The position numbers were made by a program, and so were the translations under genes. The notes under the pieces are model-generated. The model ran no database searches. It was given only the letters and a program-made list of their open reading frames with translations, and was not told the origin of the DNA. Positions 35,942 to 46,823 of a stretch of 64,000 nucleotides of DNA are shown in pieces. Numbering within the stretch: the stretch's first letter is position 1; each line of letters opens with the position of its first letter. Source of the stretch: Azolla caroliniana (lineage: Eukaryota; Plantae; Polypodiophyta); contig JBHGNT010000016.1 of the NCBI GenBank assembly GCA_043228905.1, positions 15,376,001 to 15,440,000 on the forward strand. The letters run 5' to 3'.

Positions 35942-37963
35942 ATGGAGAATCAACAAGAGGCGATGAACATGATGATGATAATGTTTGAGCGGATGCAACA
36001 AGAACAACGTGCGATGTCGGAGATGAAGGCGGCAGTAGAGCGGCTTCTGCGACGAAACGGGGAATTCAACGGTAAGGGTGTGTCACGCTACCTACGTGAA
36101 TATAAGGCGGAGATGATGCAATATCGGATACCGGAAGGATTGCAAGTGATATCCTTTAGTCGGGTGGCCTCGGACGAACTACAAGAGAGAATCCACAAGA
36201 TACAACAACAAAACTCGACATGGGAGTCCTTTGAAGAAGCTTTACGGGAGGCATATGACTATGAGAGATGGACGGGACGAGATCGACGAGAATTCGACGA
36301 ATGGGTGGCGTCGGAGAAGACTCACCGAAGTGCAACGCAAGCGTTCCTAGAGTTCGAGCATCGTTTTGCTCGACTCTCGGAGCGGGAACGAAGATTGGTG
36401 GGAGAAGATAAAGTCTTAATGTTCGTAAGATCGATCGATCGGAAAGAAAGGATGGACATTGGGATCGAACTCGAAGATGATGACGATGCGAACGGCCTTA
36501 CCGAGGATTGGGCTAAAGTCGAAAGGGTATGCCGAAGACATGATGAAAGGAAGCTGAGAATCTCGTCAACAACGACATGGCCCATGAAGGATGGTCGATT
36601 GAGGAAAAACGATGAAGCCAATATGAAGGCCGAAATACAACATGATGGTACCACGGGAAAAAGAGTGGAACAAGACACCCACTCGTCTTGTGAAAGAACG
36701 ATGGCGAAGGATAAGGCCGATAATTCAAGTGTAGAAGGAAATTTCGGGATACAAGTGCCCGAGACATCGGGTCAAAAAGGGGTAAGCATAATAGATGTTT
36801 GCATAATTGATGCAGATAAAGAGTGTGAAGCGGATGTGATTAAGGAGGTAGCCACAAAAGACGAAATCGAATCGGAGGTGGCTATGGACGAATCAATGGC
36901 GGATTGCCATATCGAGACTTCCCCACCACTGATTCCAGAGACTCCGGCGGTTGCGATCGAAAGGCAACGTGAGACCGAAGAGACGGAAGGTGGCGGAGAG
37001 AAAACGAATGTCGAAGCCGACGAATACGATGAAGAGATAGCCGAGAAGAATGCTAAGGGTGAAACTACGAAAGAAGGTAATACCGAGGATTCATGCCAAC
37101 AATATCTAGAGACTTCGGCGGTTGTGTCCGAGAACCAACGTGAGACCGAAGAGACGGGAGATGGCGGCGAGGAAGGTAAAGTCGGAAGTCGGTTCGGATG
37201 GAAAATGATCCATCCGAAATTCCAATCTAAAAGAAAGTGCGACAATGCGGAGGTCGGGTCTACGACGGGAGAAGCGCGTAATACAGAGCACGCTCTACGG
37301 CGAATAAAGAAACGCGTGTTATGGCGAATAAAGAAGCACGCGCTACGGCGAGAAAAGAAGCATGCATTACAACCACACGAGGACCGAACAACGAGCACAT
37401 ATCGGAGGACCTACGTAGCGAACAACGGAAAGAAGTGCCGAAAGTCGAACCGGACAAGGCAGGTGAAAACGAAGAAAAGAAAGCAAATCCGGACGAAAAG
37501 AAAAGAAAAGAAACCGACCCGAAAGAGCACTGAATCGGTAAAAACCGATCAACCGAGTCCGGATCGACCGAATACAAATCGGAAAGGAAGCCGAACTAAA
37601 CGAAAGACGATCCGACGAGACCGAATCGGAAGTAAGCTAATCCGACTAAACCGAAAATCCGAAAAGAAGTCGAGATTGATGAAGAAAAGAAAGAGGGCAA
37701 GAAAAGATACTACCGCGGATGACAAGGACCAAGCGGGCCATGCAAAAAGCGAACGAAGACTATGGTGGATCGGATGTCGACAATGGTTCGGGTGGAAAGA
37801 ATGGATGTGCTCCAAATGGAGAGACAAAGTCAACATAACAAGAGAAGTCGAGGGTACTACGAGCCGGCAACGAAACCAATCGGGTAGAGACCGGACGGAG
37901 GAGACTAACAAACACCAACAACTTCGGCACATACCGGAGGATGTGCGGGTTTGGAGGGGGTGA
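35942..37963 (+). CDS. Gag-like protein, F unit 2
   Basis: Protein identical to unit 1. Confidence 0.85.
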   Translation: MENQQEAMNMMMIMFERMQQEQRAMSEMKAAVERLLRRNGEFNGKGVSRYLREYKAEMMQYRIPEGLQVISFSRVASDELQERIHKIQQQNSTWESFEEALREAYDYERWTGRDRREFDEWVASEKTHRSATQAFLEFEHRFARLSERERRLVGEDKVLMFVRSIDRKERMDIGIELEDDDDANGLTEDWAKVERVCRRHDERKLRISSTTTWPMKDGRLRKNDEANMKAEIQHDGTTGKRVEQDTHSSCERTMAKDKADNSSVEGNFGIQVPETSGQKGVSIIDVCIIDADKECEADVIKEVATKDEIESEVAMDESMADCHIETSPPLIPETPAVAIERQRETEETEGGGEKTNVEADEYDEEIAEKNAKGETTKEGNTEDSCQQYLETSAVVSENQRETEETGDGGEEGKVGSRFGWKMIHPKFQSKRKCDNAEVGSTTGEARNTEHALRRIKKRVLWRIKKHALRREKKHALQPHEDRTTSTYRRTYVANNGKKCRKSNRTRQVKTKKRKQIRTKRKEKKPTRKSTESVKTDQPSPDRPNTNRKGSRTKRKTIRRDRIGSKLIRLNRKSEKKSRLMKKRKRARKDTTADDKDQAGHAKSERRLWWIGCRQWFGWKEWMCSKWRDKVNITREVEGTTSRQRNQSGRDRTEETNKHQQLRHIPEDVRVWRG

Positions 37964-38731
37964 GTGTCGTAGTGTATTTTGTACACTACGTGAAAAACGT
38001 ATATAGTATTAGATTCAATAAAAAATGAAGAAATAGAAGAAAATAGCAAAATAAATGGAACATGCATAGGGCAAGATTCGAACCTTGCACCTCCATGTTA
38101 ATAATGGAATGTCTTACCATTACACTAGCATTTCATTAGTGTTAAAGTATAGATGTCCCACATAGAAAGGTAAATTCACGCTAGGATAAACATTAGAAAA
38201 ACGCATAACAAAAGAAAAAGCTACACATACACATCTAGCGTGCATGATAAAAAACGCACAAGTTAGAAAAAAAGCATGATCACTTTAGATAAAGCATATA
38301 GTCTATCTATAGGAAAAGCATGGGGTCTATAGTTAGAGAAAAAGCATGGATTACTAAGACTTCCTCATCACTACATAAGGATGGGAAGCACAATGTAATT
38401 ATGTGTGAAAAATATTTGGAAACTGGATATGTTTCTAAAAAACACCAATTAATAAACTATACTCGTGGGATTCACGAGAATTCTATATCATTCTCTTTCA
38501 ACCGAAGTTTATATTCTTATATTCATATTGATTAATCTAATACAATACACTCGTGGGATTCACGAGTTTGCTATAACTCTTTCTTACAACATATTTATAT
38601 TCTTATTAGCCTTAAAACTCTCCTCTTCCTAGTCCAAAACCCCAGCGGTTCCCACCCGACTCACGCAACGATCTGGCGCCGAAAGGCACGACACAGTTGG
38701 TGAACCCGACGTGAAGGCGGGTGGCAAGGAG

Positions 38732-40753
38732 ATGGAGAATCAACAAGAGGCGATGAACATGATGATGATAATGTTTGAGCGGATGCAACAAGAACAACGT
38801 GCGATGTCGGAGATGAAGGCGGCAGTAGAGCGGCTTCTGCGACGAAACGGGGAATTCAACGGTAAGGGTGTGTCACGCTACCTACGTGAATATAAGGCGG
38901 AGATGATGCAATATCGGATACCGGAAGGATTGCAAGTGATATCCTTTAGTCGGGTGGCCTCGGACGAACTACAAGAGAGAATCCACAAGATACAACAACA
39001 AAACTCGACATGGGAGTCCTTTGAAGAAGCTTTACGGGAGGCATATGACTATGAGAGATGGACGGGACGAGATCGACGAGAATTCGACGAATGGGTGGCG
39101 TCGGAGAAGACTCACCGAAGTGCAACGCAAGCGTTCCTAGAGTTCGAGCATCGTTTTGCTCGACTCTCGGAGCGGGAACGAAGATTGGTGGGAGAAGATA
39201 AAGTCTTAATGTTCGTAAGATCGATCGATCGGAAAGAAAGGATGGACATTGGGATCGAACTCGAAGATGATGACGATGCGAACGGCCTTACCGAGGATTG
39301 GGCTAAAGTCGAAAGGGTATGCCGAAGACATGATGAAAGGAAGCTGAGAATCTCGTCAACAACGACATGGCCCATGAAGGATGGTCGATTGAGGAAAAAC
39401 GATGAAGCCAATATGAAGGCCGAAATACAACATGATGGTACCACGGGAAAAAGAGTGGAACAAGACACCCACTCGTCTTGTGAAAGAACGATGGCGAAGG
39501 ATAAGGCCGATAATTCAAGTGTAGAAGGAAATTTCGGGATACAAGTGCCCGAGACATCGGGTCAAAAAGGGGTAAGCATAATAGATGTTTGCATAATTGA
39601 TGCAGATAAAGAGTGTGAAGCGGATGTGATTAAGGAGGTAGCCACAAAAGACGAAATCGAATCGGAGGTGGCTATGGACGAATCAATGGCGGATTGCCAT
39701 ATCGAGACTTCCCCACCACTGATTCCAGAGACTCCGGCGGTTGCGATCGAAAGGCAACGTGAGACCGAAGAGACGGAAGGTGGCGGAGAGAAAACGAATG
39801 TCGAAGCCGACGAATACGATGAAGAGATAGCCGAGAAGAATGCTAAGGGTGAAACTACGAAAGAAGGTAATACCGAGGATTCATGCCAACAATATCTAGA
39901 GACTTCGGCGGTTGTGTCCGAGAACCAACGTGAGACCGAAGAGACGGGAGATGGCGGCGAGGAAGGTAAAGTCGGAAGTCGGTTCGGATGGAAAATGATC
40001 CATCCGAAATTCCAATCTAAAAGAAAGTGCGACAATGCGGAGGTCGGGTCTACGACGGGAGAAGCGCGTAATACAGAGCACGCTCTACGGCGAATAAAGA
40101 AACGCGTGTTATGGCGAATAAAGAAGCACGCGCTACGGCGAGAAAAGAAGCATGCATTACAACCACACGAGGACCGAACAACGAGCACATATCGGAGGAC
40201 CTACGTAGCGAACAACGGAAAGAAGTGCCGAAAGTCGAACCGGACAAGGCAGGTGAAAACGAAGAAAAGAAAGCAAATCCGGACGAAAAGAAAAGAAAAG
40301 AAACCGACCCGAAAGAGCACTGAATCGGTAAAAACCGATCAACCGAGTCCGGATCGACCGAATACAAATCGGAAAGGAAGCCGAACTAAACGAAAGACGA
40401 TCCGACGAGACCGAATCGGAAGTAAGCTAATCCGACTAAACCGAAAATCCGAAAAGAAGTCGAGATTGATGAAGAAAAGAAAGAGGGCAAGAAAAGATAC
40501 TACCGCGGATGACAAGGACCAAGCGGGCCATGCAAAAAGCGAACGAAGACTATGGTGGATCGGATGTCGACAATGGTTCGGGTGGAAAGAATGGATGTGC
40601 TCCAAATGGAGAGACAAAGTCAACATAACAAGAGAAGTCGAGGGTACTACGAGCCGGCAACGAAACCAATCGGGTAGAGACCGGACGGAGGAGACTAACA
40701 AACACCAACAACTTCGGCACATACCGGAGGATGTGCGGGTTTGGAGGGGGTGA
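38732..40753 (+). CDS. Gag-like protein, F unit 3
   Basis: Protein identical to unit 1. Confidence 0.85.
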   Translation: MENQQEAMNMMMIMFERMQQEQRAMSEMKAAVERLLRRNGEFNGKGVSRYLREYKAEMMQYRIPEGLQVISFSRVASDELQERIHKIQQQNSTWESFEEALREAYDYERWTGRDRREFDEWVASEKTHRSATQAFLEFEHRFARLSERERRLVGEDKVLMFVRSIDRKERMDIGIELEDDDDANGLTEDWAKVERVCRRHDERKLRISSTTTWPMKDGRLRKNDEANMKAEIQHDGTTGKRVEQDTHSSCERTMAKDKADNSSVEGNFGIQVPETSGQKGVSIIDVCIIDADKECEADVIKEVATKDEIESEVAMDESMADCHIETSPPLIPETPAVAIERQRETEETEGGGEKTNVEADEYDEEIAEKNAKGETTKEGNTEDSCQQYLETSAVVSENQRETEETGDGGEEGKVGSRFGWKMIHPKFQSKRKCDNAEVGSTTGEARNTEHALRRIKKRVLWRIKKHALRREKKHALQPHEDRTTSTYRRTYVANNGKKCRKSNRTRQVKTKKRKQIRTKRKEKKPTRKSTESVKTDQPSPDRPNTNRKGSRTKRKTIRRDRIGSKLIRLNRKSEKKSRLMKKRKRARKDTTADDKDQAGHAKSERRLWWIGCRQWFGWKEWMCSKWRDKVNITREVEGTTSRQRNQSGRDRTEETNKHQQLRHIPEDVRVWRG

Positions 40754-42919
40754 GTGTCGTAGTGTATTTTGTACACTACGTGAAAAACGTATATAGTATT
40801 AGATTCAATAAAAAATGAAGAAATAGAAGAAAATAGCAAAATAAATGGAACATGCATAGGGCAAGATTCGAACCTTGCACCTCCATGTTAATAATGGAAT
40901 GTCTTACCATTACACTAGCATTTCATTAGTGTTAAAGTATAGATGTCCCACATAGAAAGGTAAATTCACGCTAGGATAAACATTAGAAAAACGCATAACA
41001 AAAGAAAAAGCTACACATACACATCTAGCGTGCATGATAAAAAACGCACAAGTTAGAAAAAAAGCATGATCACTTTAGATAAAGCATATAGTCTATCTAT
41101 AGGAAAAGCATGGGGTCTATAGTTAGAGAAAAAGCATGGATTACTAAGACTTCCTCATCACTACATAAGGATGGGAAGCACAATGTAATTATGTGTGAAA
41201 AATATTTGGAAACTGGATATGTTTCTAAAAAACACCAATTAATAAACTATACTCGTGGGATTCACGAGAATTCTATATCATTCTCTTTCAACCGAAGTTT
41301 ATATTCTTATATTCATATTGATTAATCTAATACAATACACTCGTGGGATTCACGAGTTTGCTATAACTCTTTCTTACAACATATTTATATTCTTATTAGC
41401 CTTAAAACTCTCCTCTTCCTAGTCCAAAACCCCAGCGGTTCCCACCCGACTCACGCAACGATCTGGCGCCGAAAGGCACGACAACGTAAATTTGAATACC
41501 TTTGTGAAAGGTGAGCTGCATGGGCAAGCCCGAAATGCTCTCTTGTCACAAGAAATAAGCACATATGACAATAACATATAAGATACGTAAGTTTGAATGC
41601 CTTTGTGAAAGGAGAGTTGCATGGGTAAGCCCGAAATGCTCCCTTGTCACAAGCCACACAAACAAATAAGCACAAATGGCAATAACATATAAGATACATA
41701 AGTTTGAATGCCTTTGTGAAAGGAGAGGTGCATGGGCAAGCCTGAAATGCTCCCTTGTCACAAGACACACAAACAAATAACCACAAATGACGATAACATA
41801 TAAGACACGTAGATGAAACCAAACATTAGTTTATTATAATATAATAGATTCTTTTATAAAATAAGAATCAATTTTACAACGGGTTTGATATGAATATGAG
41901 AGATAATTTATAAAGGAAGGGGGAAGAGAGGTGGAGGAAAGAAGAGAGTGAAATTTAGAAGAAGGTGATTCTTTGTTGATGATGCCTCTCGATGTTGTTG
42001 ATCCTTCTTCTTTTGCCTTCCAACTGAGTAGAGCTTCGGCGTTCCTTCTCCCTCCCCAACTTCTTCACTAGAATAGGCTCTTATTTATAGGTTTAGGATT
42101 GCTTGCCTTTTTCCCATAAAAAAAAAGCTTGTCTATATGAGTCGACTTTTCTTTTCCTTACTATTTTTGCTTTCTAGCCCCAAATTTCACATACAATATA
42201 TTCTTGGAAAGCTCTTTGGGTTAGCTTTCTTATTTATCTTTCCTTTTCTAATTTGGACATCTTATGAGAAATTATGAGCTTTTTTCTCTATTGTGCTCCT
42301 CATATCCACGCGTGCTTTTCTTTTTTCTCTCCATCTTTTTCTCTACTTTTGTCTACTTTTGAAAATCGCCTCTAACTTAATATTCATCATTATTGATTGT
42401 AAGGTTCAATCCTTTGACCTTTTTTTTAAAAGGAATTATCTTTGGCAAAATAAAAATGTATTTTTGCTACCAATAAAGTTGACTTCACAATACTAGTTTA
42501 TGTAAACTACTATTTTGCTTCTTTTCGAGGGTGGTTTCACACTATGTGTTAGAAACATCACGACAACGATGTGTGAAAAAGTGTGTGAGCACACTTTATT
42601 GTACTTCATGTAGTTGCCGTGTGTGTATGAGCACACTTTATCGTAATTCATGTAGTTGTCAAGTGTTAATGTGGTCAAATAATATTAGATATTCTTATGA
42701 CAAAATGGTACTCAAGTGGATATGTTGGTTAGATTTCACCAACACATTTAATATGGCAGTCCCTTGAGGACTTGTATATAAAACCCCCCCTTTGCCCATT
42801 CTGTTTTGATTGATTATCTTTAGTTAATTAATATAGCTCTCTTAAGTTGTCATCCCCCTATTGTGTGTTTTCTTATTTTCTGATTATTCTCTCTGATTCC
42901 TCTCTTGCTTATACACTCA

Positions 42920-42958
<39 letters not shown>

Positions 42959-45900
42959 CGCTTTTGAATACTCAGCTCTACTAGACTTAGATTATTTACA
43001 TGGTATCAGAGCGTGAGGTTTAGAAATCCTTCACTGAGCTCTACCATTGAAACTGTGTGAGCAGTTAGAGACGTTGTTTTCAAACTTGCTATCGTTGTTG
43101 TAGTGTTGCACAACAAGAGGCTCACGTTAACAGGATCATACGAATCAAGCTAAATCAGGAAAATGAATGCACAGATGGGTAGCACACTTCCAACAGAGAA
43201 GTTGGACAAGCAAAACTACGCATCTTGGGAATATAAGATGCAACAATACCTAGTTGGTCAAGGGTATTGGAGTTATATCAAGGGAGCTCAAGAAACAACC
43301 CCCAATATTACAAATCCCAACTACCCCACATGGCAACAAGGCAACAAGGCGCATGTACGGTGATGCATTGTTTGGCAACATGTGTACAAGATCACATGTT
43401 AAGTTATATTCGTGATGCAAAAGCCCCAACAGAAGCGTGGAGAAAACTTCAACTCTGACCGGAGTTGAACAATATTCGATAGGGGGTATGTCTGTGACGG
43501 ACTATACCCTCCGGATCAATGACTTATGCAATTCACTTGGCTCCATCAATGTCGCAGTTGATGATGACGAGATGGTGCATATATGCCTTGGCAGCCTCGC
43601 ACAAAAATATGGCACATTTCGAACTGCTATAACAACAAGTTTTTTCGATTTGCAATCCATGCTAATGGTTGAGGAGAACCATACATGGTCGAAAAGCACA
43701 GAAACTGATGGGCAGATGCTATATACACATGATGATCTCAGTCGAGGTCACGATCATGGTTGTCGAAATCGGGGTAGGAGTGGCAGAGGAAGAGGTGGAC
43801 GACATCCACAATAGTTTAATTCCAGGCAGCAAGAAGGTCGAAACAGCTGAGGTAATTCCGACAAAAAGGGAAGCTTCCACCAACCTACATCAACCAGGCA
43901 GAACCAGCAAACTGAGTGTTGGTATTGTGGAAAGCCTGGCCACTTTGAAACCGAGTGTCGGAAGAAGAAGAATGACTCAACTGCCTCACCCTGGCAACAA
44001 ACAAACTATGTTGTGATGGCTAACCTAGAAAACAAAGGGTCGATGTTTGTTATGCGACACTGGGCGAATAACATGATAACAAGTGTTTCCCAACCTAATG
44101 ATGTATGGTTCGTGGAATCAGGTGCCTCAAATCACATGACAAGTCATCAAGAATGGTTCATGAATGTGAGGGAACCTTAGAGACCCGGCGTGGTGGAGAC
44201 TGGTGATGACTCCACACACATGATTGAGCACATTGGAGATGTGGCTCTTAACAATCACGAAAACAAGGGCTACATGAAGGATGTATTGCATGTCCTGAAA
44301 ATCACAAAGAATTTGGTCTCGGTTGGCCAAATTGTCAAACAAGGAATGCAAGTGTGATTCAAGTAGGAAGGTTGCTTCATCGAGGATAAGGGCCAACTTG
44401 TCGCTCATGCAAAAAGAGAAGGTTGCATGTTTATTCTTGATGCGACTAAGGTGAACACAACAATGTATGCAAAGGGACTCAAGGCTGAGGCTAAGATTGA
44501 GTTGTGGCACAAAAGGGTTGGCCATGTAAACCTTGGTAAACTCTGATCAATGCAAACAACAAGGGTTGTGCACGGATATTGCCATGATTTACTTCGAAAC
44601 ATCCTGATAATGTATGTGAGGTGTGCCAGCTAGGCAAGCAACATAGGCATCCATCCTAAGTGAAAGAAATGTGAGTAAAGGCTTGTTGGACGTCATCCAC
44701 TCAGATGTATGGGGCCCAACTCAAACACAGACAATCGGTGGGTGTAGGTACTTCGTTACCTTCATTGACAACTATTCGCGGCATACCTGGATATGCCTGA
44801 TGAAGTCGAAAAGTGAGGTCTTCTCCCATTTTCTCAAGTTAAAGAATTATGTGGCCTTTCTAGAAGAGAAGGGGATTCGCCGGGAATTCTTTTGCCCATA
44901 CACACCACAACAAAACAATGTTGCTGAGCGGAAGAATCACACAATTCTTGAGATGGCCCACACCGTGCTACATGAGAAGAACATGCCCAAGATCTATTGG
45001 TAGAGGCAACAGTTAAAACTGTGTATCTCATCAATAGGTGCACGACCGAGGGTGTCCATGAAATCACCCCTCACGAGAAGTATTTTGGGACAAAACCAGA
45101 CCTTTCGCACTTGAAGGTTTTCGGCAACATTGCATGTGTGCATGTACCGATGAGAAGCGGAGAAAGCTTGACCCAAAATCAGAGAAGATGATCTTTGTTG
45201 GTTACTCACTTGAGCAAAAGGGTTATAAGTGTTTTAACCCCATCACTCGACATTCACGAGTAAGCCGAGATGTGGTATTTGATGAGGTGACATCATGGTA
45301 TTGCCCAACATTGGTGACCCCCGTCATGCTCGAAACAAGCAGATCTGGAGCAGATTCTGAGAGTGAAGAAGAAGAGATGTTGGCGACGATTACGGGTGGA
45401 GAACCAATAGAGAGCCTATCTACACTACAACTGACTGGACTTGAGGTGTCATCCAGCAATCAGAGTCTTGCACAACATGAAGAAACCTCTGATGTGGTGT
45501 CACCTTGGTGCTACACCCGTAGAAAAAAAAAAGGGCAAGATGCCTGAGCAAGGGGCCAAGGACATGACATCCGGTGAAGACTCAGATCATTCACCCCGAT
45601 CAGTCGATAGCAAGTATGAAATGAAGAAGGCCCCGGAGGTGACCAAAGGAAAACTCCGTATCGAACTGATAAAAAAACTCGATAGTTAGGTTCGGGTACA
45701 ATGAGTACATAGTCCACCACTATGCATTCATGATGGTCGCAACAGACCAAGAACCTGAGACTTACAAAGAAACTGCCCAAAATCCCTGGTGGATCGAGGC
45801 AATGAGGGAGGAGATGCACGCGTTGTTTGACAACGATACTTGGGATTTAGTCCCATCCTTTGAAATCAAGAAAAACCCAATTGGTTGTCGTTGGGTGTTC

Positions 45901-46823
45901 AAGATAAAGCATAATACGGATGGCACGGTCAATCGTTTCAAGGCTCGGCTAGTCGCCAAAGGATATACTCAAACCCATGGCATAGACTATGAGGAAACAT
46001 TTGCTCTGGTGGCAAAAATGACCACCATGAGGATGGTAATTGCCTTCGCAATAGCGAAAGGGTGCCACTTGCATCAAATGGATGCGAAGAACGTTGTTGT
46101 GAAATCCGTCACTATGAGCGGATCGTGAGGCAGAACCATTGGGGTTATGGACTAGAAGGAATTAATGCTCACCCGTACAACACAAGCAAGATTTAAACAT
46201 AAGACAAGTAGGTGAGAGAAAACGTTCATTTCTTGCAAAAGAAAATAGATTCTTTATAATTCTAGAATCATGTTACAACGGATTGGATATGAATAAGAAA
46301 GATCATTCTTGAAAGCAAGGAGCCAACCATGTAAGGAGTGGTCTGATATGGATATGAGAGATTGTTTTTCCCTAAGGAATGGGAGAGAGAAGAAGCGAAA
46401 AAAAAGAAGAGAAGAAAAAAAACCGGAGAAAAAGAAGGGAGTGGAATATATATGGGTTTCTTTGTTGATCATGCCCTTGATGTTCCTTTGCATCCCCATT
46501 TTTAGTTGCATGGCCTCTACTTTTAGTTGCATGCTTCCATTTTTAGTTGCATGAATTTTAGTTTCATGGCCTCTACTTTTAGTTGTATACAACGTCTTTA
46601 TATTTCACCATATGATCAATCATCCATAAAGTTCAGCCCATGCGTCGCGCCCGAGCCGTGCGCATGGATTCCTTACAGAGCCGTGGACGCCTCCACGCGC
46701 ATATCCCGACCGAGCCGTGCACGCGTCCACGCACACGTCCCGACCGAGCTATGCATCGTGACCCAAAATCATCTAAGCCCACGTCTGCGCGCACGTCCCG
46801 ACCAAGCTGTGCGCCATGGCTGA

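Larger units (their letters stand above)
32385..41483 (+). mobile_element. Gag-only element F: tandem trimer, 4 LTRs and 3 ORFs, period 2790 bp; TSD ACGT
   Basis: LTRs 32385-33113, 35175-35903, 37965-38693 and 40755-41483. ACGT at 32381-32384 and 41484-41487. Confidence 0.95.
27320..41820. repeat. ~105-120-bp tandem repeat (~10 units) inside LTR I, split by G, E and F
   Basis: Unit GAATGCCTTTGTGAAAGGAGAGGTGCATGGGCAAGCCCGAAATGCTCCCTTGTCACAAG... at 27320-28004, 28767-28877 and 41488-41820. Three inverted units at ~24900-25230. Confidence 0.9.
24171..42565 (-). mobile_element. Composite Ty3-like element I with inverted ~1-kb LTR-derived ends; 4-bp TSD ACGA
   Basis: Minus-strand LTR 42565->27190 (interrupted by G, E and F), tRNA-Trp PBS, gag-PR, then an inverted copy of the LTR 5' part at 24171-~25230. 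ACGA at 24167-24170 and 42566-42569; J's intact 3' LTR has a single ACGA here. Confidence 0.85.

Noticed and set aside
33152-40753. Domesticated host gag gene cluster
   Set aside because: Each ORF is bounded by near-identical LTRs, PBS and PPT inside a TSD, so these are recent mobile copies.
24171-42565. Large TIR DNA transposon or DIRS-like element
   Set aside because: No transposase or tyrosine recombinase. The inverted arms are the 5' part of an LTR that is followed by a PBS and gag.
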